64,000 nt of DNA from Nemertoderma westbladi (Eukaryota > Animalia > Xenacoelomorpha). Below are positions 10,724 to 21,830 of this stretch, piece after piece. The stretch lies in the NCBI GenBank assembly GCA_032718475.1, contig JAUCBJ010008936.1, positions 69,357 through 133,356 on the forward strand, given 5' to 3'. The position numbers were made by a program, and so were the translations under genes. How positions within the stretch are numbered: the first letter of the stretch is position 1; the number at the start of each line of letters is the position of its first letter. The notes below the pieces were generated by a model. That model saw only the letters and a list, made by a program, of their open reading frames with translations. It made no database searches and was not told the DNA's origin.

Positions 10724-13560
10724 TTATAAAAATCTGTTAAAACTGCAATATTTTAAAAGGTCTACATCCCGTGCTAAAATATTACTAAAAATATTAATGT
10801 TTGGGGCTGATGCAGCATTAGAAGGTAGGTCGTTCCACATACTAACTATCCTATTACAAAAATATTTCTGACAAATTTGTAGGCGGCAAAAATTGTGTTG
10901 CAATTTATATTGGTGACCTCTAAGACCCCTTCGTGAAGCAAAGCTAAAAAAATCATCAAAATTCATTTGCACTGCACCGGTGATTATAGAGTAAACCTGT
11001 TTTAAATCAAACACATGACGTCTAACTTCGAGTGGTTGTAAGTTTAAGTACTCAAGTCTATCTAAATAAGGCACCATGGTTAATTTACATCTAAAAAATA
11101 ATCTGCGCGTAAAATATCTCTGTACGTGTTCGATCAGATCTATATGTCCTTTGGTAAAAGGAGACCAAATTACTGTACAATATTCCAATAAGGGACGCAC
11201 GTAAGATTTATAAGCACAAATTAGGGCTGCCATATTACGAGTACGAAAACATCTAAAAATCATGTTGATTACTTTAGTTGATTTCAGAGCACGCTCATGG
11301 CAATGTTTATTAAATTTAAAATCAGAAGAAATCGTAACTCCCAGATCCTTACAATCATCCTCTGCTTTAACAAGTTTACTATCTAGAAAATATTGCTGTT
11401 GAGGGTTATTGTAACCTAAATAGAGCACTATACATTTGTGTGGAGCGATATTCAACTGCCATTTATTAGACCATTCTGTGATTTTGTACAGGGACTGTGA
11501 GATCAGTAAGTGGTCGCTGGATGGCGCATATATTTTGACGTCGTCCGCAAATAGTTTACACGATAACCCTAAATTAAAAATATCCGGTAAATCGTTAATA
11601 AAAAGCACAAATAAAATTGGACCTAGTACGCTACCTTGTATGGTGACCGACGTAACTGGACAATAATCCGAGAAACTACTACCAACTAAAATACGTTGTG
11701 ATCTATATGCGAGAAAAGCCTTTAACCAATAAAATAAGTCACCTACTATACCGTAAGAAGAAAGTTTACATAAAAGTTTTTGGTGCACAACAGAATCAAA
11801 GGCTTTCGCAAAGTCTATGTAGATTACATCAACAGTGCACTTTCTATCCAATAATTTAATCCAATCCTTTGTACATTCTAATAGCTGGGTACATGTAGAC
11901 TTATTTTTTAAGAAGCCATGTTGGGCCTTATTAATTAATTTGTTAGTAAATAAGTAATCACACAAATCTTGTTTAATACACTGCTCCATAATTTTACACG
12001 CAATACAAGTCAATGAAACGGGTCTGTAGTTATATGGGTCACTCGAGTTTCCTTTTTTGTACAACGGGACAATAATAGCTGTAGACCAAATTGAAGGAAG
12101 GGCATGTGATTTAAAAGAAATATTAAAAATAACAGATAACGGTAAAGATAAAACTGACGCTAAATTACTGAATAAAATGCACGGAATACCGTCAGGCGTA
12201 CGACTTGTTTTAGAACCTAATTTACGAATAATTGAGAAAACACGATCAACTGAAAAATCGACTTTAGAAATATATACAGATTGCGGGACCCTCCGCGTAA
12301 ATGTAGGGCAATCGTTATTATCAATATTAAAATTGTCTGACAGAACCTGAGCGAAAATATCAGCCTTGACGGCATCATCTACAATTGTGGCACCATTAAA
12401 TGAAAGAGGTGAAATTCCCTGTCTAGATTTGCACTTTAAGTTTACGTAATTAAACAAAACATTCGCCTTTCCACTGTTTAGGATTTTATATTCTCGTAAA
12501 CATTCAGATCGAAGAATTGCCTCTGACAGTTCCTTACAACAACGGTTGTAATCTGATTTACCAATCTCTGTGTGGCGCCGGCGCCAAAGTAACTTTTTCT
12601 TTCATTGTAGTGCGCGAATGTGATGTGGGTACACCTTTTTCTTAGTGTTTAGTAGTTTGTATGGTACAAATTTATCAACACCGTCTTTAAGTACTGTTGA
12701 AAAAACGTTCCAAAATGCATCAATCGTACTGCACGAGTCAAAATTGAGGTGCCAATTAATGATCGAAATGTAATGGGAAAATCCTACAAAATCAGCATTT
12801 TTAAAATCGTAAAAACCCAAATTGTTAACTGGAATTAAAATGTCTGGTCCTAAAGTATAAAAGTTTACTATTGAGTGGTCACTGGTTGAAAAAGTATGCC
12901 CTACTTCAACATCAGACACAATTGATTCGTCAGAAACTAAAATTATATCTAAAATATTATCCTCACGAGTGGGTCTTGTAACCAGTTGATCAAAACCATT
13001 TTCTAAAATAAATAAAGAAAACTGTTCGTAGTTGTGGCTTGATGGGTAATTAAAATCCTTCCAGTTAAAATCAGGCAGATTGAAATCGCCTACCACGAGA
13101 CAAGGTTGGGTGACGTCGCACAGCGATGAGATACATTGCCTCAGTTTGCAGTCCAGTTCCAACTTCTCCGCTCTCTCTTCTCCGGTTTCAGAATCTGGGG
13201 TTCTGTAGGCGCAAACCATACGGAAAGGAGTCGACCCGAGAAAATCGACAGCGACCACCTCGAGTCCATCCAGGTTGTTAGGGAGAGGAACATTCACACA
13301 ACGAATGTTGTTGCGCACCAGTATTGCCACCCCGCCGCCAAGAGAGGGGCGATCTTTTCGAAAAACCTGATGCTGTTTGAAACCCACCATTGAATCAGTG
13401 ACCGATCCGTCCAACCAAGTCTCGGTGATAGCGAGGACGTCGTAATTAGAGGAAACGATCAAATGTTTGAGATCATGTATCTTGTTTTTCAGCGATCTAG
13501 AGTTCAGTAGACAACATTTCAGGCGCGGATCTGTATTGCCTCCTCCCCTCTCTAGTTTTC
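10724..13560 (-). pseudogene. CR1 ORF2 (AP endonuclease + RT) with one in-frame stop
   Basis: APE motifs ITETWL, GDFN, LDII, SDH; RT motifs YRPVSLT, DFAKAFD, QGSVLGP, FADD. ORFs 12602-13462 and 10724-12457 are in the same frame, separated by a TGA at 12602-12604 that aligns to Arg in the second CR1. Confidence 0.92.
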
Positions 13561-14775
13561 CTCTTGGTCGGCAGTAGTGTTGTTTTCTTCGGTTGTCGCC
13601 TGTGGTGGAGATTTAGCGGCGGGCGTTGGCAATCTCCACTTCCTATCGCGTTTCCATTTCCCATTCTCGTCCGGGGTATACCGCCAAATAGACCCGTCTT
13701 GCCGTAAGCTGTAACTCTCCGAGTCGAGATCAGCCGCTAAGTTTAGTTGTTGCAACGTTTTCTTCCGTTCTCTAAACAGCTTCAGTTGCTCCTTAGATTG
13801 ACTCGGTCTGATTTTTAGGTTTTTGATTATTTCCGGTACAGTTCCAGAACTCTTTGCTTCTTCGAAACCCGACCGAAAGTTCCGCGCTTCGTTTTCCGAA
13901 GTGAAAGTAACTTTCACAATGCGCTCCTTATCATCGGTTTGTCGCCCCAGCCGTTGAAACTCGTTTATCGAAGAAGAGTTTACATTGGATGCCACACAGA
14001 CATCGTTTACCGCTTGTCTGTCGGCCGCCAGGTTCGCTGATTCAGGCAAACGAGAGATTATCACCTCTCTTTTCAGTTTCTCTGAAGATAACGCTTCTTT
14101 AACTGAGGACTCCACAACTTGCGACAGCACAATGTTATTCCGTGCCGAGTTCCTATATCCGCGGGTTCGAGCCTTCCGGCTTTTCTTTTTGTTTCGTCGT
14201 GTTTCCCATTCTCCCTCGCCGTCGCTGACTTCCTCGCTCTCCTCCGCTGACAAGTCGGAGTCACAAACTACCCCGAGATGTGCTTTAACGGAACCGATTT
14301 CCGCCACTACTGATTCGATGAGTTTCGTTTGATTTTCGACAATGAGTTTTAACTCGTTTACAGTTGATCGATTGCTCATCGCCTCCTCCTCTGCCGCAGT
14401 GGCCACTTGAATGAAGGTTGCACACTTGCTGCAAAACCATTTAAATTGGCTGTACCTGTTAAACTTTTCGAGTAATTCGGAAACAAGTTTATACGACGGA
14501 AGTGAAATGTTCTCACATTTGGCATGGAACCAAACCTTACAACCGTCACATGTAATACCGTTGTCTTGATCCTGTACCAGGAAGGAACATCGTCCGCAAT
14601 TATATGTGCTTAGGTCGGCTACGCTGCCGGCACGTGTACTGGGTTGTGCAGATTTGTGGACTATTCCGCCACCAGCCGCTCTAGGAGAAGTTGTTGGCGT
14701 TGCAAGTCGAGCAGAATTTCGAGGAGGAACAGTAGGTTGGTGAATAGTTTCTTTGGGTCGGCGCGTTGTCGCCAT
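13552..14775 (-). CDS. CR1 ORF1 protein (PHD finger, coiled coil, basic/RRM-like region)
   Basis: C4HC3 PHD CGRC..CDGCKVWFHAKC..WFCSKC; intact 407-aa ORF; QRLG...RIVKVTF motif typical of LINE ORF1. Confidence 0.88.
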   Translation of the reverse strand: MATTRRPKETIHQPTVPPRNSARLATPTTSPRAAGGGIVHKSAQPSTRAGSVADLSTYNCGRCSFLVQDQDNGITCDGCKVWFHAKCENISLPSYKLVSELLEKFNRYSQFKWFCSKCATFIQVATAAEEEAMSNRSTVNELKLIVENQTKLIESVVAEIGSVKAHLGVVCDSDLSAEESEEVSDGEGEWETRRNKKKSRKARTRGYRNSARNNIVLSQVVESSVKEALSSEKLKREVIISRLPESANLAADRQAVNDVCVASNVNSSSINEFQRLGRQTDDKERIVKVTFTSENEARNFRSGFEEAKSSGTVPEIIKNLKIRPSQSKEQLKLFRERKKTLQQLNLAADLDSESYSLRQDGSIWRYTPDENGKWKRDRKWRLPTPAAKSPPQATTEENNTTADQEEN

Positions 14776-15439
14776 TCCCGGTAAAACAGTTCAACAGTTT
14801 GTGATATTTAAAACAAACCAAATTTAAAAATTCAGTACGGTGCAGGTATGTGCGTATTCAGTAATGATGCAATACAAAGTTATACAAAACGGTACTGGTA
14901 CAAAAAACAAAAGCAAACGTTACATAGCAAACGTCTTTAGAACGAAGAATATCCACATGGACACAGCAATATTATGTTAAATAAAATCTTAGTACAGCTA
15001 TTTCCCTAATTTCACCAACCTTTATTTTACAGATGCTAGGGGTGTCTACAGGTAACTTCTACTAATTTTCACCAGTAACTAAATTTAATTTTGCAATTTT
15101 TCAGATAACAAAATATTCAACTGGGTTCGAACTCGGGACTGTTGAAATAACCCCGATCCCGATCCCGTAAAATAGGGATTACGAGAGCGATAATCCCGAT
15201 CCTGGAAATCCTGGTACATAGCAATTATTTTAGTTTAAATATCGCTAAATTTGCTTATTTCTGGTTTAATGTGGAAGTAACAGATCTGTTTGGATCATAC
15301 TATCAATCCCCAGCCATTGATTATAACTTGGTGATAGCGAAATAACCCAACTGTTGTAGCACAAATTCTACCCAGTTCAGTCTGGTTGATTTAAACTGTC
15401 TGGTCTAGCAATGTTTGTGCGACTATGATAAGAAGGCGT

Positions 15440-15769
15440 GATAAGAAGGCAAATCTCCTAACTTTCCTAACAAACGCAATTATTTGGCTGACTCAAATGA
15501 AATGTGATAACCCCCGTAAGTGGCAACGTGGCTTCTACAAAAGTGACAGTTGTGATTCTGTAGTTCCAGGCCCAGGGGCCTTTGTCCACCACTCCCTCAC
15601 ACTAATTCCACCAACACCGAAGGTTCGCAAACCAAGAAACCGTTGCCGATTGTGTTACTCTGATGGGTGCAAAGAAAAACTGTCACGATATTATTGCCCG
15701 CAATGCCCCTCTAAGCCATCTCTATGTCTGTATTGTGCGACTCCGTGGCACAAGAACATAAAACAATAG
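15440..15769 (+). pseudogene. piggyBac transposase fragment 3 (C-terminal cysteine-rich domain)
   Basis: H....P.....RNRCRLC....SRYYCPQCPSKPSLC..CATPWH. It continues ...VIHKREK of fragment 2 as KKANLLTFL. Confidence 0.85.
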
Positions 15770-16109
15770 GTATCTGTTCACTATAATTCCAATGTAATAT
15801 CAATCAATCAATCATTTAATATATTTTTAACTATATTAGTCATTTTTTTATTCGATAATTTTGACAGACAGACTGACCGACAGACAGACAGACAGACAGT
15901 AAACCGTCAGGGTATATTCAACTAAACATGAGAATTGACTTCAGAAATGCAATCAGCAACCAGAAAACCCCCACGGCGAACGTTTTAGCTGCGTGGTAGA
16001 ATTTTTTAATTTTGACAGACAAAGAAACATGGGAATTGATTTCAGATATGAATCAGCGTCCAGACAAACACCCATGGCGAACTTTAGAATTTTTTAATTT
16101 TGACATTAA

Positions 16110-16400
16110 TATACACCAAACATAATGTACTGTATATAGGTAATGTCCAACACAACATATAGGATTACCCATAAAGCTTTGCAGCTTATTTCCATGGGGG
16201 TCCTTAATGTTACTTGGTTACAAATACAGTACAATATGAAAAATATGAAAATTGGCAATTGGGCTATAACTTTTACTGTCTTTTTTCATATCAATAACAC
16301 TATTAGTAATGGTGGGGTCTATAAAACATTAAATGCCCTAAGGAAGGTTGGGGGGGGGGGGGGGGGTGGTGGGCGCAATTCATCCTCATTAATTACAATT
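16110..16400 (+). repeat. Dispersed repeat, copy 1 (copy 2 at ~33225-33495)
   Basis: Both copies share caccaaacataat...aacatataggattaccc.taaagctttgcagc...tacaatatgaaaaatat...tagtaatggtgggt.tataaaacattaaa...G-tract.gggcgcaattcatc. Confidence 0.75.
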
Positions 16401-19036
16401 TTTCTAATTCTTCATAATATTTTTATAAAAATACATCCCTTAAAATCAAATCATTACAACTTATGATACATTAATAAATTGTTGATTAACACAGGACCAC
16501 CATTCCTCTAATCCAAATATATTGTAGTATAATACAGTATAATTGTAAGGCTTTATACCTATAATATACTGCTCCATACAAATAGCCTAAGAGAGCGGCA
16601 TTACCGGTAGCAATTTCCGCGGACATAAAAAGATAAAATCAGCGGACATAATGAGTAAATTCAACGGACAAAAAAAAATATTGTGGATCTAAAGCACTGT
16701 ATCCTAGTGGACCAGTGAATCCTTTGACAATCAGTGAATAACTACTCCCACAGCCCACCTCCCATCTCTCTCTCACAAACTCAGCTGTCCTACCAAACTA
16801 ATGTGTTCTATACTATCTCCCTATAGAACCTGTTGTATTACATCTAACCAATATTAGTTAACTTCTCTCTCTACCTTCATGAAGGGCCTATGAATTTCGA
16901 TGGTTACACCAAATAATTCCACACTGCTACTAATGACTCACCAGCAGATAGCTTTTCCAGTGCCCTTCAATGATTGGCTAAACTCTTGGCTATCATTTGG
17001 TTACATGTTATGCCTGCCTGCCTATAAGCAAAACAACAACAATATTCTGTACATTATTACTGTTCTAGGTTTGGGTATTGCGTTATTTTATATATATAGC
17101 TAATGGTCTGAATGTAGATCAATCGCACGATCGGACCACTTTTCTTCATATTTGTTTTTAAGCCTAAGGCAGTAAGGCAGGTACAACTGTAGCATACTGT
17201 AACCCGTATTTATGTTAATTAATTGCTTTGATTTTAGGTTTAAGCATAAGTACTTATGTAATTATATAGTACTTATGTAGTATATAGGCCTGTCTACCTG
17301 TAGCTTCTATGCTATATCAGTTCAGTACATAGTAGGCCAATACTTAGGCTGTTAGGCCACCAGTATTGGTTATGTGGTTTGGAAGCAGTGGAATTGTGCA
17401 CTGGAAAGCACCCAACCACCCAGACCACCCACCGTGGTCTTGTGGTACTTTAAATTAATCTAATTAATAATAAAACTAATAAATTAATCATAATAATTAA
17501 TTTATCTAATCTAAAGCCCCGGTTTCCATGATTTAACATAGCTACAGTACTATAGCTATAGTACTATATACTAATACTTATATATAATATAGCTAAATTG
17601 CAAGTAATGCTAGCTGTAGTAATACTACAGCTGCAATAGTACTACTATGCTAATTAATACTACAATTAATAGTAATACTAACAGTTGGCCGTGTCTCACA
17701 GCTACCTCCTACTGTATTTCAGATACTCTCATCCCTGTTTCACAACACTACTACCGCTAAATGTGGAATGCCCCAGTACTGGTTCTGCTACTGCAGTACC
17801 TACAAAATCTATATATATAATTATATCAATCAAGAGATTAAATAATATTTTTATAATCTGAGGCGAATCGGAGCAGCACTTAGGCTGCTTAGCGATAGTC
17901 CAGGCATTATTAAAAAAAATGGAAATAAAAACCAATACGAAAAAAAAGGCAATTAAAAACTGGTATTGAAGAAAAAGATAATAAAAACCAATAAGAAAAA
18001 CGGCAAGTAAAGTAAAGTAAAAACTGATAGATTGCACAACCACATGACCCCCTTGGTTTGGCCGCTGGTTCACTCTAAAAAAACTTCTTTGTAAAATTGC
18101 AAAGAAAATCTTGTTTGATCTTTTTTACTAGATTTTCTTTGGAAAAGTTTCAAGGATTTTATCAGATTACCAAGATGAAGTCAATTTGACAATATTTATC
18201 TAGGCATCTGGATCTTGTTGAAAATCATCTTGGAAATGTTGGCGGTTTGTTACCTACACAAGCAGACTTTCATACAGTACCGGCACTGTATCACTGCAGC
18301 CAGCCATGCAGTCAAGTCAGGCTGTCAGGTGGACACAGGGCAGCAGGGTAGTGCAGTACAGCAGTTCAGCAGTACAGTGTGAGTGTAGTCTGGCAGTAAT
18401 GCCATTTCTGACCTTTACTGGTACCGGTACCGGTAATACTTCTCCGTACCGGTAGCGGTAATATACCAGTATACTGTGACGCCTACTGCTGTACTGGTAA
18501 TACCATACTGCCATAACAGACATAGGGCAGTAGGGCCTACTTACAGACTTAATACTGTTAGACTGTAGGCACTAATACCGGTAGGCCTACTGTAATAGCA
18601 GAGCTAATTCCAGAATACCGTACGTACCGGACCGGTCTGCCACTGCCGGTAGGCTGTCAGGCTGTACCCGTACCGGTTACCGATCTAGCACCTAGCTGCC
18701 TAGCCTGCTAGCGGTACGGTACCGGTCAGCCGGTAGTTATGCAGTTACTGACTTCTGGGAACACTTCTGACTGACTGACTGGACACTACTGACTTCTGAC
18801 TGGGAAAATTGAACTTCTCCTCGACTGCTATATAGATTAGCTAGGCCTATGTATATATACCTGTATATACCTATATGGCCTATACAGCTATATAGGCCTA
18901 ATATGCCAGTAATGCTTAGGCCCTTATATAGGCCTAATACTTTTATTCTCATTCGGCATTCATTTGACTTTCATTTGGTATTCTTTTAATAATTCACGCT
19001 TTAGCAGCTTCATTAAAATTGTTATAAGACTTTAGG

Positions 19037-21601
19037 ATGCTATCCTGTATCCACTGTTCTTTGAGCTTGAGAACATTGACCTCTTATCGTAATCATTTGA
19101 GGGAATTTCATAAAATTCGAGTTCATCAAAGGTTTAAGATCATCTGCGGCCAGGATGGATGCTCATTAGATTTCTACTTCTTTCAATCGTTAAGTAGACA
19201 CATAAAATCCAAACATTCCCAGTTGCTTTCAGCAGCTGGAAATAACCAAAACACACCTCTTACTCTTCCACACTTTGGCCCACCACTACAACCTGATGCA
19301 GATTTGGGAAATGATGACGATACTATCCCTACTGCTGCTGCTACAGATGATATTTCAACTCCGATAGTCCAGTTAGAAAAAATGCTTAATAGTAAGATAG
19401 AAAAATCAATTTCAATAAATGAGGAATTTAATGTTGATGCTCTACTGCTGGTATCAAAACTTAAAGGGAGCCCGGTTATTCCACAATCATCAATTACAGA
19501 AATTATAAATAACATTGAAGAATGCTTCTGCTATCCACTTTCATTAATCCGTGAAGCATTGGAACATATCTTAATAAAGGCAAATCTTTCAGAATCTGAC
19601 CTTAATGATTATAACCTTGTCATAAAGGCATTACATTTTTATAGTCGTCCTTTTATAGGTATTAAAACAGATTATAAGCAGAATAAAGTTTTGGAAAAGT
19701 TGAACTGCTACATTCCCCCAAAAACATATACCATAAATCAAACAATGGTGGCTGTCCCTGGCCACAATCCAGAAGACATTGTTTATAAAACTAAACTCCT
19801 TAATGGAAGTTACATTCCTCTTGAGCCATTACTTCAAAAGTTTTTATCTATTCCCAATGTATTCAACACAATAATTCAACACCTCAAGGGAGACAGCAAT
19901 GGCAGAATAACAGATTTTAAAGATGGCCAATTATGGATTCAAAACCCAACTCGTATGTTGCATGAGAAAGATCCTTATTCAATTGTCATTCCTGTTTTTT
20001 TTTACCAGGATGACTTGGAAGTTACAAATCCTCTTGGTTCAAAGACCACTATTCATAAAATTGGAAATGCCTATCTCACTATTAAAGGGTTACCGCCTCG
20101 TTTTAATAGCAGGTTATCTAACTTACTACTAGCTATAATGCATTACGCAACTGATAGAACACAGTTTGGTAACAAAGCCACATTTTCAATTCTTATTGAT
20201 ATGCTGGGATCATTAGAAACGAAAGGGTTTTTGTTAACTCACGAAGGTAAATCTTATACAGTGTATGTGGTTTTGTCCATGGTCCATGGTGACAACCTTG
20301 CTGTCAATTCAATGCTTGGTTATATTGAAGGTTTTACAGGGAATTATTCCTGTCGTGCTTGCCTGTGTCACCGTGGTGACTTTGTTAAAACATTTTATGA
20401 ACAAAACTCACTTAATCGGCATTGTGATAACTATCAAGAACATGTAAATAGAGATAATCCATCTGAGACGGGTATTAAAGCAGAGTGTTGCTTTAACTCA
20501 CTCCCTTCATACCATGTGTACAAAAATCAAACTTTTGATATCATGCATGATATACTAGAGGGTGTTTGCCAATATGTTATTCCAAAATGTTTGTTTAAAT
20601 TGATTTTTGAATTTGAGTTCTTCACAACAAATGATCTAAACAGACGAATTAAGGGTTTCAAATTTGATCATACTTCTATTCCTCCTCTATTTCATGAAGA
20701 TAAATTGAGAAAGCAATTGTCAATTTCTATAACCGCTTCTCAAATGCTAAATTTCTGTTTAGCATTTCCACTGTTGGTCGGAGATTTTGTTCCTTCAGGC
20801 AACATTTACTGGATTATCTTGCTAAAAATGAGGGAGGTTTTGCTTTTTTGTTTGTCTCCAAGCTTTGTTAAACAAGATCTCGAACTTTTTTCAACTGAAA
20901 TAGCAGAATTTTTGGAAATATATGTTGGAACATTTGAACTCCAGAGGCTTCAGCCGAAATTCCATAATATGATCCACTATCCTGAAGCAGTGAGACAGGC
21001 AGGCCCCTTGGTATGGATGTGGTCACTAAGATGTGAAGCTAAACATCGCGATGCAAAAAGAACTGCAGCTGTTGTTTGTTGTTTTAAAAATATTGTGAAA
21101 ACATTATCCAAGCAACATCAATTATCATTATCATATAAATTGCACAGTGGCAGTGGTATTGGTGTTGGTGATGAAGTAGTTATAAAGATACCGGTGGCAA
21201 CAACCTTTGCAAATCTCGAGAATGGTTTAGCTTTTTCAACACTTATAGACAACTATGGAATGGATAGGGATATAATTTCTTCTACTAGTATCGATATTTG
21301 TTCTGTTCGGTATACTATTGGACATGTCCTCTGTCATGATATTATTAACAATGATTTGAATTTTCCAGAATTCGGTTTTATTTGCCACATATTTGTTTTA
21401 GATAATGGAGATTTTGTATTTATTTGCAGCAAATTAACTACAGTAAATTACTCTGAACACCTACAGGCTTTTGAAGTTGAGAAATCATATCGAAATTCAT
21501 ATTTCATTATTGGTTCCATAGATTCTCTTATTAGTCCATGGCCATTACATCTCCACTCTAGCCATTCAAAGTTTTATGTTGCTTTGCGTCATCGATTTTA
21601 A
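19037..21601 (+). CDS. EnSpm-type transposase, 854 aa, with N-terminal C2H2 fingers
   Basis: DDLEVTNPLGS..HKIG, GDNLA..LG...F...CRAC, DIMHDILEGV, PKFHNMIHY...GPL..W..RCEAKH. Uninterrupted ORF. Confidence 0.9.
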   Translation: MLSCIHCSLSLRTLTSYRNHLREFHKIRVHQRFKIICGQDGCSLDFYFFQSLSRHIKSKHSQLLSAAGNNQNTPLTLPHFGPPLQPDADLGNDDDTIPTAAATDDISTPIVQLEKMLNSKIEKSISINEEFNVDALLLVSKLKGSPVIPQSSITEIINNIEECFCYPLSLIREALEHILIKANLSESDLNDYNLVIKALHFYSRPFIGIKTDYKQNKVLEKLNCYIPPKTYTINQTMVAVPGHNPEDIVYKTKLLNGSYIPLEPLLQKFLSIPNVFNTIIQHLKGDSNGRITDFKDGQLWIQNPTRMLHEKDPYSIVIPVFFYQDDLEVTNPLGSKTTIHKIGNAYLTIKGLPPRFNSRLSNLLLAIMHYATDRTQFGNKATFSILIDMLGSLETKGFLLTHEGKSYTVYVVLSMVHGDNLAVNSMLGYIEGFTGNYSCRACLCHRGDFVKTFYEQNSLNRHCDNYQEHVNRDNPSETGIKAECCFNSLPSYHVYKNQTFDIMHDILEGVCQYVIPKCLFKLIFEFEFFTTNDLNRRIKGFKFDHTSIPPLFHEDKLRKQLSISITASQMLNFCLAFPLLVGDFVPSGNIYWIILLKMREVLLFCLSPSFVKQDLELFSTEIAEFLEIYVGTFELQRLQPKFHNMIHYPEAVRQAGPLVWMWSLRCEAKHRDAKRTAAVVCCFKNIVKTLSKQHQLSLSYKLHSGSGIGVGDEVVIKIPVATTFANLENGLAFSTLIDNYGMDRDIISSTSIDICSVRYTIGHVLCHDIINNDLNFPEFGFICHIFVLDNGDFVFICSKLTTVNYSEHLQAFEVEKSYRNSYFIIGSIDSLISPWPLHLHSSHSKFYVALRHRF

Positions 21602-21830
21602 GGGCCTATCAGTACCGGTACCATTATATGTACCGGTATATATATATATATATATATACCGGTATATATTTAATATACAGATATAGGCTGCATCTTACAG
21701 TCTTACTTTTATACAACCTTATGACTGGCAATAATTATTACAACCACACAATATATAATAATACATACAGCATATTAGGCTTTTTATACTCGTATGGTGT
21801 TTGTATTTCTGTAATTCTATTAATTTAATT

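Larger units (their letters stand above)
10368..14965 (-). mobile_element. Near full-length CR1-clade LINE (family A)
   Basis: 5' UTR, PHD-containing ORF1, APE-RT ORF2, 3' UTR and a (TAA)n tail at 10368-10385. The 5' boundary is approximate. Confidence 0.92.
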
